From Wickerhamiella versatilis (taxonomy: Eukaryota), in the NCBI GenBank assembly GCA_030867685.1, contig JAQOWU010000003.1:620001-684000 (forward strand): 64,000 nucleotides of DNA, in the 5' to 3' direction. Numbering within the stretch: the stretch's first letter is position 1; each line of letters opens with the position of its first letter. The notes under the pieces were generated by a model. The model was not told where the DNA came from, made no database searches, and saw only the letters and a list, made by a program, of their open reading frames with translations. Position numbers and translations under genes: made by a program. Shown piece after piece: positions 40,324 through 50,823 of this stretch.

Positions 40324-41310
40324 ATGGCCCTTGTGATTAGTCATATACATATAGTATTTATAATGCAGCGCTTGCAGCAAGTTTCTAAGACACTGAAAAT
40401 GACGAACCCAATGTTGAACCACACGATGTTGAGGATTAAGGATCCCTCGGTAAGCTTGCCTTTTTATGAAAAGCATTTCGGAATGAAATTGCTCACCAAG
40501 CTTGAGGTACCCGAGTTAGGTTTCACAAACTACTTCCTTGGACTCACAGGGGACAAGTCTCTCTGGCGTGACACTCCCTGGTATGCTCGTGAGGGTGTTT
40601 TGGAGCTCTGTCACAATCATGGATTGGAAAAGACTGATTGGAAAGCAAACAATGGCAACGTCGAACCGCACAGAGGATTTGGCCACATTTGCTTCAGCGT
40701 ATCAAACTTGGAAGAATCTTGTGAGCGTCTTGAAAGTGAAGGTGTGAGCTTCAAGAAGAAGCTGAGTGATGGTAGACAGAAGAACATTGCTTTTGCACTT
40801 GATCCTGATAATTATTGGATTGAGCTAGTGTCAACCAGTAGCCCAGATGTGAGTATCCGCTTCAACCACCAGATGATTAGAGTCAAGGACGCAAAAGAAT
40901 CACTTGATTTCTATACTAATAAGCTGGGCATGAAGTTGATCGATACGAGGGACTTCCCTGATGCAAGCTTCACCTTGTATTTCCTTTCGTTTGAACCTCA
41001 GCCAGATCTTGGCCGTTGGGATCGAGAGGGTATTTTGGAACTTACCCACAACTACGGTACAGAGAAGGACTCTAGCTTTGCGTACCACAATGGAAACGAC
41101 GAACCTCAAGGTTTTGGACATATTGGTATCTTGGTTGATGATGTTGATAAAGCCGTGAATTCATTGGAAGGCCAGGGTGTCAAGATTTCTAAACGTCGTC
41201 TGGATGGTAAGCTTAAGTTCATTGCGTTTGTACGTGATCCCGATAACTATTCGGTGGAACTCTTGCCGAAGGCGGATGCGCCTGCCAACATTTTCGAGGC
41301 ATGGCCATAG
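40324..41310 (+). CDS. GLO1: Glyoxalase I (two-domain); in-frame ATGs at 40324, 40363 and 40399
   Basis: NHTMLRIKDP, LELCHN, GFGHIC, DPDNYWIE, repeated in the second half. Confidence 0.97.
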   Translation: MALVISHIHIVFIMQRLQQVSKTLKMTNPMLNHTMLRIKDPSVSLPFYEKHFGMKLLTKLEVPELGFTNYFLGLTGDKSLWRDTPWYAREGVLELCHNHGLEKTDWKANNGNVEPHRGFGHICFSVSNLEESCERLESEGVSFKKKLSDGRQKNIAFALDPDNYWIELVSTSSPDVSIRFNHQMIRVKDAKESLDFYTNKLGMKLIDTRDFPDASFTLYFLSFEPQPDLGRWDREGILELTHNYGTEKDSSFAYHNGNDEPQGFGHIGILVDDVDKAVNSLEGQGVKISKRRLDGKLKFIAFVRDPDNYSVELLPKADAPANIFEAWP

Positions 41311-41437
41311 ATCCATAGAACCTGGTCTTGGATGAAGATAATTCACCAGGAAAAGATACTTAGCCTGAGGTACTTCACAAAATTTAGTTCTAGAGCTAAA
41401 AAGCACACGAAAATAAATTTGATTACAAATTAGACAA

Positions 41438-42979
41438 ATGAAATTATCTGCCGGTAGGGCGTCTTGCCCAATATGGATGTCAAAACGGTATTATGCACTT
41501 TCAGCACCACAGCAGCTAGGGAAACTTGTATCTTCTGATGATAATAATGTCATAAGTACAGCTAGTGAGGAAGCATTGCCACGCCCACGATTACATCCAA
41601 AGACTGAGGAAGCAAGAACGCCTGCGCCGGGATTAATGTACCTTCCTGAGTCTCTATCTACTAAGATCTCAGAATTCACGTTAAGATGGCATCCACAGCA
41701 GCTCCGCCAAGTTGTTTCGAAAGACTACCGAGCATTTCAAGAAGGTCAGGCTGCCTCACCTTCTTTGGAGTCTATAGATGTCGAGGCACATATTACAGGC
41801 CAGTTTTTGCAAAATTACGCCTCTATCAAATCTGCTCTGTTAGAAGTAAAGAAAAGAACCCCTGATTTTATACCAAAGAGGATACTGGATATAGGCTATG
41901 GACCAGCAACCGGCTTGCTGGCAGCTGCTGATGTCTGGGGCTCCATCGACAGGCCTGTTGCAGCAATAATTGGACATATTCGCATGTGTAAAAGAGCAGG
42001 AGAACTTCTTCGAGGCTCGGGTATCGAGAACTTTGTTATAAAGAGGCAGCCGCCTTCAAGAAATAGTCAAGGCACGTATGATTTAATAATTTGTACTCAG
42101 CAGCTCTACAGCAATGGGGAGTATGCGAAACAAGTCGTTGATTCTCGTGCAACACACTTGGAACGCCTGCTATCCCCTGATGGAGTTTTATTATTTGTCG
42201 AAAGAGGTGATCCTCGAAGCAGTGAAGCAGTAAAACAGGCGAGACGTGCGTTATTAGATCGCGGTGAGCTAAATGCAGTAGCCCCTTGCGCACATGAAAA
42301 AATGTGTCCACTTCAGTTTGGCTTGCTCAATCGTCAAATCGTAAAAAATCCAGGATTCCAAAACTGGTGCAGGTTTTCACAGAAAGTACAAAGACCTCGT
42401 TTTCTTCTTGAACTGAAGAAGGGACAATACCTTTCTCAGCCCTGGATTGATGACTCTGAAGACCCGAAGCCTTATGGTCGCGGCTCTGGAGGACGCAAGT
42501 TAAGGGGAGGGGGACGACCGGGTGGTCAAAGTTTCGAAGTTGCTAGCTACAGTTACGTTGCACTCAGAAAGTCAGCCCCACAAAGTAAGCCAGCACGAAT
42601 ATTGAAGCAACCATTAAAGCGCCAAGGCCATGTGACTCTAGAGGTTTGTTCTCCTACTGGTGATGTAGAACATTGGACGGTTCCTCGAAGTCAGGGTAAG
42701 CAGGATTATTATGATGTTCGTAAAGCGCGTAGCGGCGACCTTTGGGCATTGGATGCCAAAGTGAAAGAGCGACGCGGTGGGTTAAAAGAAGTTGAACCAT
42801 TGAAGATGCCGAAGTCTCACGCACCGAAGCCACTAGACTGGTGGTCAGAGACTATTCAGGTAGATGATGAGGTCAGTAACCTCTCTCAAGCAGCAGAACT
42901 GCTACAAGGTGATGGTAAAGATTCTCGGTTCAACAAACTGGATGGTCGTGAACGTCAACGTAAATTTGAAAAATGGTAA
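41438..42979 (+). CDS. RSM22: Mitoribosome SSU assembly methyltransferase-like protein
   Basis: FLQNYASI, ILDIGYGPATG, APCAHEKMCPLQ, PLKRQGHVTLEVC, RKARSGDLW. Confidence 0.93.
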   Translation: MKLSAGRASCPIWMSKRYYALSAPQQLGKLVSSDDNNVISTASEEALPRPRLHPKTEEARTPAPGLMYLPESLSTKISEFTLRWHPQQLRQVVSKDYRAFQEGQAASPSLESIDVEAHITGQFLQNYASIKSALLEVKKRTPDFIPKRILDIGYGPATGLLAAADVWGSIDRPVAAIIGHIRMCKRAGELLRGSGIENFVIKRQPPSRNSQGTYDLIICTQQLYSNGEYAKQVVDSRATHLERLLSPDGVLLFVERGDPRSSEAVKQARRALLDRGELNAVAPCAHEKMCPLQFGLLNRQIVKNPGFQNWCRFSQKVQRPRFLLELKKGQYLSQPWIDDSEDPKPYGRGSGGRKLRGGGRPGGQSFEVASYSYVALRKSAPQSKPARILKQPLKRQGHVTLEVCSPTGDVEHWTVPRSQGKQDYYDVRKARSGDLWALDAKVKERRGGLKEVEPLKMPKSHAPKPLDWWSETIQVDDEVSNLSQAAELLQGDGKDSRFNKLDGRERQRKFEKW

Positions 42980-43454
42980 TTTGGAAACAATGAAGTTATT
43001 CATATGTTTGACGGACACTCCATGACATGAATTGGTCAAGATGTGATTTCTATTTTGATAATGTGCCATGGAATTGACAATTTGAATCGAATCAAAGGAA
43101 CTCTGTATATATTTCATATTTCTCGTAGCATCTTCTACATCTTAGCATAAAATATTAATCGTCATTAGTACAAATACACAAAAAAGTGCCGAGATCTGTA
43201 ATCCAATCACCTCAACGGTTATTTATTCTTTACATTCTTTCTGCTATCTGAGCTTCTGAACATGTACCTGACAATATTCTCAATCCTTACAATAAAATTT
43301 GATCATCAATTTACGTTGTAACCACAGAGAGGACTCTAGTACCGCAAATCATTCTATGTTTATCACCTGCAACAAAAATGGTATGCCCCAGGATCAAAAA
43401 ATACAGACCAAAGCGCTAAACTAAAGCCGCGAAATGTCTTATTGCTGTATTTAC

Positions 43455-44009
43455 CTATTTCTTTTGTTTCAACGCATTTTCATATGTACGTACCAGGTTG
43501 CGTACCCAGGCATTGAGACCACCACAAACGCAGACGAACAGCGTGGATTTTACATCATCGATACTGAAAAAATCCTCATCAGCTGTCCTCTTTAGCAATG
43601 AGTAGCCCATGGCTGCCGTGACGAGTAAGAAATATGGCTCTAACCCAGCCCCAATTTCAACACCATTGAACTCCATGTATGACAGAACAAATGCAAAAAG
43701 CATACTGAGAAGCGAGACCGTGGTTGATAGTGCGTTGAAAACATTAGGCCCATTCAAAATTACCGTCACAACATATATCATCATGAGCGCAAATTTCAAA
43801 TGTTGACGTGGTTGCTTGACGGGACCGTCGGTCGTGAAGTTCGAGATCTGCCCTACCATATAGCATGCCCAAGCAACAATACCCAAAGATAGGAGAAATT
43901 GGATACGACAGTAACTCAAATAACCATCGTCTTCAACCCACTTGGTGTCGTCAGGACAAAGCAAAGCATCAGAAAATAGAGCTTTCAGCTGTTCAACTGG
44001 GATAGACAT
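43455..44009 (-). CDS. 184-aa multi-pass membrane protein resembling a stand-alone ABCC TMD0 domain
   Basis: About 5 hydrophobic segments. LC..DGYLSYC and SLLSMLFAFVLSYMEF resemble the Ycf1 N-terminus. No ABC core follows. Confidence 0.6.
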   Translation of the reverse strand: MSIPVEQLKALFSDALLCPDDTKWVEDDGYLSYCRIQFLLSLGIVAWACYMVGQISNFTTDGPVKQPRQHLKFALMMIYVVTVILNGPNVFNALSTTVSLLSMLFAFVLSYMEFNGVEIGAGLEPYFLLVTAAMGYSLLKRTADEDFFSIDDVKSTLFVCVCGGLNAWVRNLVRTYENALKQKK

Positions 44010-44180
44010 GGTTCTTACATAATATAGCAAGGGTGTGATTTTAAGAAGTGAATTTTCCTGCCTCAACACGGTACTTGGAAATGATATCAGAGGTTTTTCT
44101 ATGAAATAAGCTGGCTTTTTGACATTTCATTTGGACTTCAGTTTCTCTTCTCTACTATTGCCTGTCAATCTATAGGTAAT

Positions 44181-44212
44181 ACCAAAATTTTGGTGTGATT
44201 TTGGTGTGATTT
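44181..44212. repeat. 14-bp palindrome overlapping an 11-bp direct repeat in a divergent promoter
   Basis: ACCAAAATTTTGGT (44181-44194) and ATTTTGGTGTG x2 (44187-44208). Confidence 0.75.
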
Positions 44213-44752
44213 ACTAATTATAATTCCATAGGCTTATTTCTTGTTCAACCCACGGATCGAATAATATCAGGGAATTGTGAGGTCCATCATAAACCCCCAG
44301 GTTCACGGTCCCCACCACGTGTGATGTAGAGTGTTTATGTGAGGTACGTTCTCCCCTACCACTTTGGTGTTATCTGGTCTGAGTTTGAGTACGAGGGCCA
44401 CATTACGAGCCTGGATTAAACGGTGGAACTTACATATATGCTTCCTTGTGTTATATTGCCTTTGTACCTATCCAGATTTAAATTGAATATAAGGGGTACC
44501 TATTACTGAATCCTTTAATCGTGCATACGGTCCTTACCCTAGCTGATGCTTGGTACTTTAATTTCAACAACGAAAACACCTAGGTGAATTAATACCGGTG
44601 GAATCTATTTCACACACCTGTGCAAGCCCAATTGTCAGTTAATAACTCTCAATATGAGTATCTGTGTCGAAATGTAGTTTGATCCCCAACCCATATAAAG
44701 AAACCCTCAACACAAATAAGTAGAATGCACTATCGCAACAGAACTAGCATAC

Positions 44753-45622
44753 ATGAATACACTTCCTGCATTCGACAACACTACAATCATTCCCCCACAC
44801 CCACTAGAGTCTCCCGAGCTGGAGCCCTTCACCTCGAAAGACGACCAATACACGGGCAACCTTTATCATCATTTCCAGTGTACTTTTCCGATAGGGACAG
44901 AATTGTCAACCCCCAAAACGTATAGCCATAAGATGCGAGATCGACCGTCTCCGATAACTCTTTGTGACAATGGCATTGAGCCTAAGCTCGTTAACGACTT
45001 ATTTGCAGTGACGCCGCTCACGAAAATGATTATCGAGCTTCCATCGCCAGTACTTGAGACAAGAACTAACGCACCAAGTCTATGCTCCCCACAAGACCCT
45101 AAAGCTGTCAATATAGATGGTGGATTCAGAAAGATGCAAGACTTAATCACAAACGAGGACTTGGGGACTATTTCACAACCCAGCACACCATTTTCAGTTC
45201 CAAGATTATTGTTCAATCAAATTCAGACTGAATCTTCGCAGAGCCAGCCTCAAACAATGACAATAGCAGTACCAGATATTACATCGAGTACTGTAAATAA
45301 TAATAGTAAGGACTTTACAAACCTGGAACGGATCACAAAAAACTACGATTCAGCCAACATCACCGAGGCAGTCAAAAACATTAGGGCCATTCTACTACCT
45401 AATGGTCGATACAAGTGCTCAGAATGTTCTCGGACATATAAGCATGCAAAACACGTCAGGCGACACTCCACTGTTCATGCTATGAGCAGGCATGATCTGT
45501 ACACATGTCAGCAATGTTTTCATAGATTCACCCGCTGTGATGCTCTCACACGGCATGTGAAAAGTCATCAAAAGCCCAAAAAGCGAAGCCAGATTGCAAG
45601 AGTCAGCAAAACGGAGAACTGA
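44753..45622 (+). CDS. C2H2 zinc-finger transcription factor with two C-terminal fingers
   Basis: YKCSECSRTYKHAKHVRRHSTVH and YTCQQCFHRFTRCDALTRHVKSH, followed by basic KPKKR. Confidence 0.88.
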   Translation: MNTLPAFDNTTIIPPHPLESPELEPFTSKDDQYTGNLYHHFQCTFPIGTELSTPKTYSHKMRDRPSPITLCDNGIEPKLVNDLFAVTPLTKMIIELPSPVLETRTNAPSLCSPQDPKAVNIDGGFRKMQDLITNEDLGTISQPSTPFSVPRLLFNQIQTESSQSQPQTMTIAVPDITSSTVNNNSKDFTNLERITKNYDSANITEAVKNIRAILLPNGRYKCSECSRTYKHAKHVRRHSTVHAMSRHDLYTCQQCFHRFTRCDALTRHVKSHQKPKKRSQIARVSKTEN

Positions 45623-45708
45623 GACTAGCCTATAGACACACTCCTTCATCTAGAAATATTTAAACAATCTAGATAAATGGTCAAAAAAACACTACCAAGC
45701 CAAGCATC

Positions 45709-47064
45709 TCACGCCTCAGTACGTTCAATAAGCTCGATACCGTAGTCCTTCTTCAATTCCTCAAGTAGAGGCAAAGCTATTTCAGGTGTCAATGGAGCAT
45801 AGATACCAGGCTCTTTGAAGAGCCCACGGAAAACCTGCTTGACTGCAACAGCACACGGAACGCCAACAAGACGAGCCATAGCGGAATAGCCACCTGGCTG
45901 ACCAGTAGGATCACCATATGCAACTAAAGTTGAAGTGCGAACTTCGGTAGTCTTATCAGCCCACTCCACACCAAACTTGTGTTGCAAAATAACGAGGTCC
46001 CGTTCACCCTTTTCATACTGCATGAGCTCTTCGAGACGGGCACATAGTGTATCAAGCGGGTTTCCACGTGGTTGGATTGGAGTTTCTGTAAACAGGCCTA
46101 GCCATCTAAGGCCACGCAGAATCCTTTCCTTGCTTTCTTCAGACTTGAAAGTTGCTTTACTTTCAACCGCTTCGAGAAGTCTCGACTCTGACGCATCCTT
46201 GGCACCGATCACGGAGGCGAATGCCTTATTCCATGGACCAGGCTTCGCGAGTTCTGGAATAGGAGTTTCTTTAAGGAAACCAATATCGACAAGAACCTTT
46301 ACAAACTCTGGGAAGCCCTGGAAACGGAGTGTACCCCTAACTACATTTTCCGCCTCAGGAATCTTGTAGAGCTCCTTGTAACCGGTCGAGTCACGGTTGG
46401 GGTAGGCAAGTGTTGCATAACCAGGATAGATCAGATAGGGCTTAGCAGTATCCATCAGATCGACACCATCAACCTCTTTAACTTTACCATTCTCATAGAA
46501 GCGTGCAGAGTTCCTCAATGCAAGTAGAACTCCACGAGAACTCCACGAGAACTTGTAACCCAATGGATTTCCACTGTCCTCTGGTGCAGGTAGCCCACCA
46601 CAATAACTCAGGAAGCTTTTGACTTTGCCGCCCGCATTATGAATGTCCTCGATAGCCTTGACAGCATAAAGATGATCCACGCCAGGGTCCAGGCCGATTT
46701 CGTTCATCACAACGATCCCAGCTTCTTTAATCTTTGGCTCCAATGCCTTCATCACTGGCGAGACATATGACGTGGTGACAACATCGGCCTTGCAACGGCA
46801 TGCAGACTCAATAACGTTTGCATGGAAAATATATGGGATGAGCGAGATAACCAGATCATGTTTGCTAACAACTGCATCCAAAGCATTCGCATCAGTGACA
46901 TCCACACTAACGCTCTTGGCGGCAGATCCTGCGAGTTTCTGTGCGGCACTAAGCGTGCGACAGCCGATAGTAACCTCAATATTGGGGTCGGCTGATAATA
47001 TATCAACAGTAGGCTGCGCTACAAATCCTGATCCGAGTAGGAGAACTGACTTGGATTGAGTCAT
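45709..47064 (-). CDS. LYS9: Saccharopine dehydrogenase (NADP+, glutamate-forming)
   Basis: LLLGSGFVA, NEIGLDPGVDHLYA, SYCGGLPAPE..NPLGYKFSWSSRG, RGTLRFQGF. Confidence 0.97.
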   Translation of the reverse strand: MTQSKSVLLLGSGFVAQPTVDILSADPNIEVTIGCRTLSAAQKLAGSAAKSVSVDVTDANALDAVVSKHDLVISLIPYIFHANVIESACRCKADVVTTSYVSPVMKALEPKIKEAGIVVMNEIGLDPGVDHLYAVKAIEDIHNAGGKVKSFLSYCGGLPAPEDSGNPLGYKFSWSSRGVLLALRNSARFYENGKVKEVDGVDLMDTAKPYLIYPGYATLAYPNRDSTGYKELYKIPEAENVVRGTLRFQGFPEFVKVLVDIGFLKETPIPELAKPGPWNKAFASVIGAKDASESRLLEAVESKATFKSEESKERILRGLRWLGLFTETPIQPRGNPLDTLCARLEELMQYEKGERDLVILQHKFGVEWADKTTEVRTSTLVAYGDPTGQPGGYSAMARLVGVPCAVAVKQVFRGLFKEPGIYAPLTPEIALPLLEELKKDYGIELIERTEA

Positions 47065-47494
47065 AATGGTAACTTACTAACTTGTAGGGGAGGGTACTTT
47101 TAAATGTTGACTAGGAACATATGATGTTTTATTGGCGTTTGATTCTCAAAGCCTATTGTCTAATACTTGATACTGATGTGGTTTTGCGCATGCGTACAGT
47201 ACAGTAGCATGTAATAACAACCCAGCAAAGCTCTCTACTGGTAGGTCGACATATATGTGCAGTCATTAATATCTAGTTGGTATTCGTTATTGAAAATACA
47301 GCAGATTCTGTGCTACTCTCTACACTAAATCGATGTTGCTGGCGATGGGAGTGCGACATACTAAATCGTGCGAGGAGTAAGAAATTTCTGTTTCGCATAC
47401 ATGTATATGGATTTTAAATTCATAGTATTTCAATTAAGCCAACTCTAAGAATCAATTTGGTGGTCATATCTGAAGCTTGGCCCCAATAAATTAT

Positions 47495-48814
47495 ATGGCT
47501 GATGACAAAACTATAGCCGCCCACTGTATGGTAACGCTACCAGACTCTAGGCTCAAAGAACAGTTCAGAGAGGACCCTAATAGACTTTCTCGTGCTCTCT
47601 CATATCCAGAAATATGTGAGTGTGACCATATCATCGCAGGAATTGGGTATCGACTGTCAAAGTTGATTCAGAGTTCTCATGATTTCCCACAATTCATAGA
47701 CACCCAGTTATCGTTGTGCAATAGTGGTGATTTAGAGGACCAAAGCTTTATTAAGAAATTGAGGGTTTGTCTAGCGCAACAGCTGCTAGAGGAGTGCCAA
47801 TCACAAAGAATGTCTTTAGTTGATTATATCTTGGAGACACAGCATCCACATAAAAACATACAGCAACTGCAATCCCCAACTTTTCAATTGAATGCCTCGG
47901 GAACTGATGAATTTGCATCTTTGTTACTTCGTTCTTTGACTGCTGAGTTCAGCAAATCTCTAACTGTGAATACAAAAGAAAATTGGGAGGCACTTGACAC
48001 CGTTCCAAACATAGATCAAGGTAATTGGCCTCCGCCTCTTCCAGACATCGATGATCCGGTCTTACTGCGCCAGATATTCACGCATCGTTCTGCCATACAA
48101 TGCTCACCGCCACGCCCAGCTTCAGAACTTCAGCAGGTTGTAAATGAGCGTCTTGAGTATAAAGGAGATTCTCTGTTGGATCTTATTATTGTCAACAAGC
48201 TTTGTGCAACTTTTCCTACTAATTCAGAGGGCGATCTTACGAAATTTAAGGCGGCCCTGGTGAACAACAACCAACTGTGGGAATTCGCAATGATTTACAA
48301 ACTCGCCGATCGTCTTCACGTTGGGGTCGATTCAGTGTCAAGACCGCATATGCCAGACGGTCGTAAAAATAAGGCACTAGCTGATACGTTCGAGGCTTAC
48401 ATCGCGGGTGTTGCAATCAATAAGGGGTATGGCTTCACACAGAAATGGCTACTTAGCCTTTATGAACCATTTATTCAAATGCTTCAAGGGAATAAGTTCC
48501 AATCAAATTCACCAATATCAGAAGTTCCAGCTTCTATCTCTAGCTCCCTGCCTTTGAAAGTTGAAAACTATAATAAAAATGCGAAAGCCGAGCTGTACGC
48601 ACTAGTTGGTTCTGCTGAGCAGCCAATTCAGTATCACGTGGAGAATAAAGAATCACCATTTAAGGTGACTTGCGTGGTGAATAATGAAATTTTAGGAACC
48701 GGAATTCATAATAATTCCAAAATTGCAGGGACTATGGCTGCTATGGAAGCATTGACTAAAAATGATACTCTTGCTAGGCTATCGGATGAGCGCCGGAAGC
48801 AAAGGCAGAGGTGA
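47495..48814 (+). CDS. RNT1: Ribonuclease III with a single dsRBD
   Basis: WPPPLP, FTHRS, NERLEYKGDS, ADTFEAYI, and dsRBD NAKAELYALVG..LGTG..KIAG..AA. Confidence 0.9.
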   Translation: MADDKTIAAHCMVTLPDSRLKEQFREDPNRLSRALSYPEICECDHIIAGIGYRLSKLIQSSHDFPQFIDTQLSLCNSGDLEDQSFIKKLRVCLAQQLLEECQSQRMSLVDYILETQHPHKNIQQLQSPTFQLNASGTDEFASLLLRSLTAEFSKSLTVNTKENWEALDTVPNIDQGNWPPPLPDIDDPVLLRQIFTHRSAIQCSPPRPASELQQVVNERLEYKGDSLLDLIIVNKLCATFPTNSEGDLTKFKAALVNNNQLWEFAMIYKLADRLHVGVDSVSRPHMPDGRKNKALADTFEAYIAGVAINKGYGFTQKWLLSLYEPFIQMLQGNKFQSNSPISEVPASISSSLPLKVENYNKNAKAELYALVGSAEQPIQYHVENKESPFKVTCVVNNEILGTGIHNNSKIAGTMAAMEALTKNDTLARLSDERRKQRQR

Positions 48815-49118
48815 AACCCATTAAAACTATATATATTTAACTTGCGCTAACAATCACCCGATTTTTTGAGAGTCAAAATCGTATGCATCTGGTATTGTTC
48901 TCTTGAGGTCAGTACGATTTATGTGATCTACACAAACGTAGAGGAGATTAGGCTAAAAGTTTGTTCTTTTAAACACTATGCCTTGGTTTTCGTTAATAAA
49001 TGGAGAAACGCCTCAGGTGACGAATCTGCTACCGTCATCAGTAACAACTATGCGACGAGTTCATATCTAAACCAAAATATTTCACATTGTCTTCAGTGGT
49101 GATTTAATGAGCGACCTA

Positions 49119-49475
49119 TTAAACACCTCGGCCGCGAGCTCTCCTGAAACCTCCCCTGCCACGTCCCCGACCGCGAATTTTTGATTTGGCAGAATTAATA
49201 GGAGCAGTCTGCCTGGGACGACGCGAATCATCTATCAATAGAGAATCAAGGGGTAGCGATTCTGGTAAAATATAGTTTCTGATAGTTGAGCCGCGGATAT
49301 TGATATTCTCAAGTCGTACAGGCTCTTCATCCTTTAAAGTCATCTGTACGTTGCGTAATGTGGTATTCATATTGGGACTTACACTTACTATGGTTCCCGA
49401 TATCACCGTGCCGTTCTTCAGTTCAACCTGCACCTGCTCCGATGCCAGTTTCATCAGAAACCGCACCAGCTGCAT
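49119..49475 (-). CDS. SMD1: Sm core protein D1
   Basis: [33 protein letters not shown], and an RG tail. Confidence 0.96.
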   Translation of the reverse strand: MQLVRFLMKLASEQVQVELKNGTVISGTIVSVSPNMNTTLRNVQMTLKDEEPVRLENINIRGSTIRNYILPESLPLDSLLIDDSRRPRQTAPINSAKSKIRGRGRGRGGFRRARGRGV

Positions 49476-49527
49476 AGACACAGCTATAGATTAGTCATTC
49501 AACCGAAAGTAAATCTTGTCACTACTT

Positions 49528-50823
49528 CTAGGAATATGTTTTACATGAATTGGCCTCTACTGCAGCTGTTTCCTTGTTGATAGCAAATGTAACTGATCGC
49601 TTGTGCCTCGTGTTAATCTCTAGTCCTGGTGAAGTACCTGGTGTATCTTCTTCTGGATCGGAATTAAACATTGAAACAACTGAGGCGGGTGATGGATCAT
49701 CATGCGGTCTGAATGCTAAATTCGAAGTACTTGCATGAAACATTGCTGTATCAACATCCGTTAACGTTCCCAGTGGCTCCTTGGGCTCGTTAAACAAAGT
49801 ATTTCTCTCTTCGATATTATCTGACAGAATAGGACTCTCCGACTTGGAGCTATGCACAAACTCTTCCTCTATATAGCTCCTATCGGTTTGATAGCAAGTG
49901 ATTGGCGCGCTATTGTAACCGCCCGCCTCACGCGCTAGAGTAGCCAAGCTTGTCGAAGGGTTTCTTGTGGTACCATAGCCCACGGGGATGTCAAGCACTA
50001 CCCCATCCATTGACCGCCAGGTTGTTATCTCTGGTGCTTCTCCAACACTTTCTTCCTCACTTGAACTTTCAAGGGGAGTGACAAGCTCTCGTCGAATTTC
50101 ACGTACGACGCTATTATAGTAATTCTCATACACCCTCCATGCATCTTCGTAAATATGGTGAGGGGGATTCATTAGCTTTAGTCGCAAAGCGCTAATTTCT
50201 CTGCGCACATGGTCAAGCATTCTAGCTCGGCCTTCGTTAACTCTGGCCATCTCTGCCTTATGCTGTATCAAGTTGTCCCGTATTTGTTCCAAATTTCGAA
50301 CATGGTTTCTTGCTCTCCTCAATGACCAATACTCCCTAAAGTGGTACTTTTGTCGAAGTTCACGCCACTTTTGCTCGATTCGCATCCCCAATGGCGTAGC
50401 TTTCAGTTGTGGCATGTTAGCGACTAGTCTTACAGGGCTTTTAAGCTTTCTGTGACGCCGTATATCGGACTTTACCGAGTATTTAAATCTTTCTGGATTT
50501 GATTTTGCTCGCTGTAAATCGAATATTATTGTATCTCTTAGCGCACATGCGCGCTCCCGAAACTTGTCTAATGCTCGTTGATGACCTGTTCGCTCCAAGC
50601 TGAGAAAAGCCGCAAGATCCCGTACGGCTTCACCACGTAGTTGTACATCAATGTAGCCATTTATTTCTTCGACAAGGCGCTTGATGTATGAATTTGTTGC
50701 AGCTAACATTGTTTTTCGATCAGGAATAAACTGGTTTGTATCCTCTTCATTAGCTTCTTCTTGCTCACCTGCAGGTGCTGGCAATAGAGCACGTCGAGGC
50801 ATTGTTAACTGCTTTGTTGTCAT
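49528..50823 (-). CDS. Hypothetical Arg-rich coiled-coil protein (weak Dep1/Sds3-like impression)
   Basis: 431-codon ORF with a helical charged centre and an acidic S/T-P C-terminus. Family not securely recognised. Confidence 0.65.
   Translation of the reverse strand: MTTKQLTMPRRALLPAPAGEQEEANEEDTNQFIPDRKTMLAATNSYIKRLVEEINGYIDVQLRGEAVRDLAAFLSLERTGHQRALDKFRERACALRDTIIFDLQRAKSNPERFKYSVKSDIRRHRKLKSPVRLVANMPQLKATPLGMRIEQKWRELRQKYHFREYWSLRRARNHVRNLEQIRDNLIQHKAEMARVNEGRARMLDHVRREISALRLKLMNPPHHIYEDAWRVYENYYNSVVREIRRELVTPLESSSEEESVGEAPEITTWRSMDGVVLDIPVGYGTTRNPSTSLATLAREAGGYNSAPITCYQTDRSYIEEEFVHSSKSESPILSDNIEERNTLFNEPKEPLGTLTDVDTAMFHASTSNLAFRPHDDPSPASVVSMFNSDPEEDTPGTSPGLEINTRHKRSVTFAINKETAAVEANSCKTYS

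Noticed and set aside
47075-47087. TACTAAC..TAG branch/acceptor on the plus strand
   Set aside because: It is antisense to the LYS9 5' end with no plausible donor or exon.
47495-48814. RNase III gene as a budding-yeast Dicer (DCR1)
   Set aside because: It has a single Rnt1-like dsRBD and no second dsRBD, so RNT1 is the simpler call.
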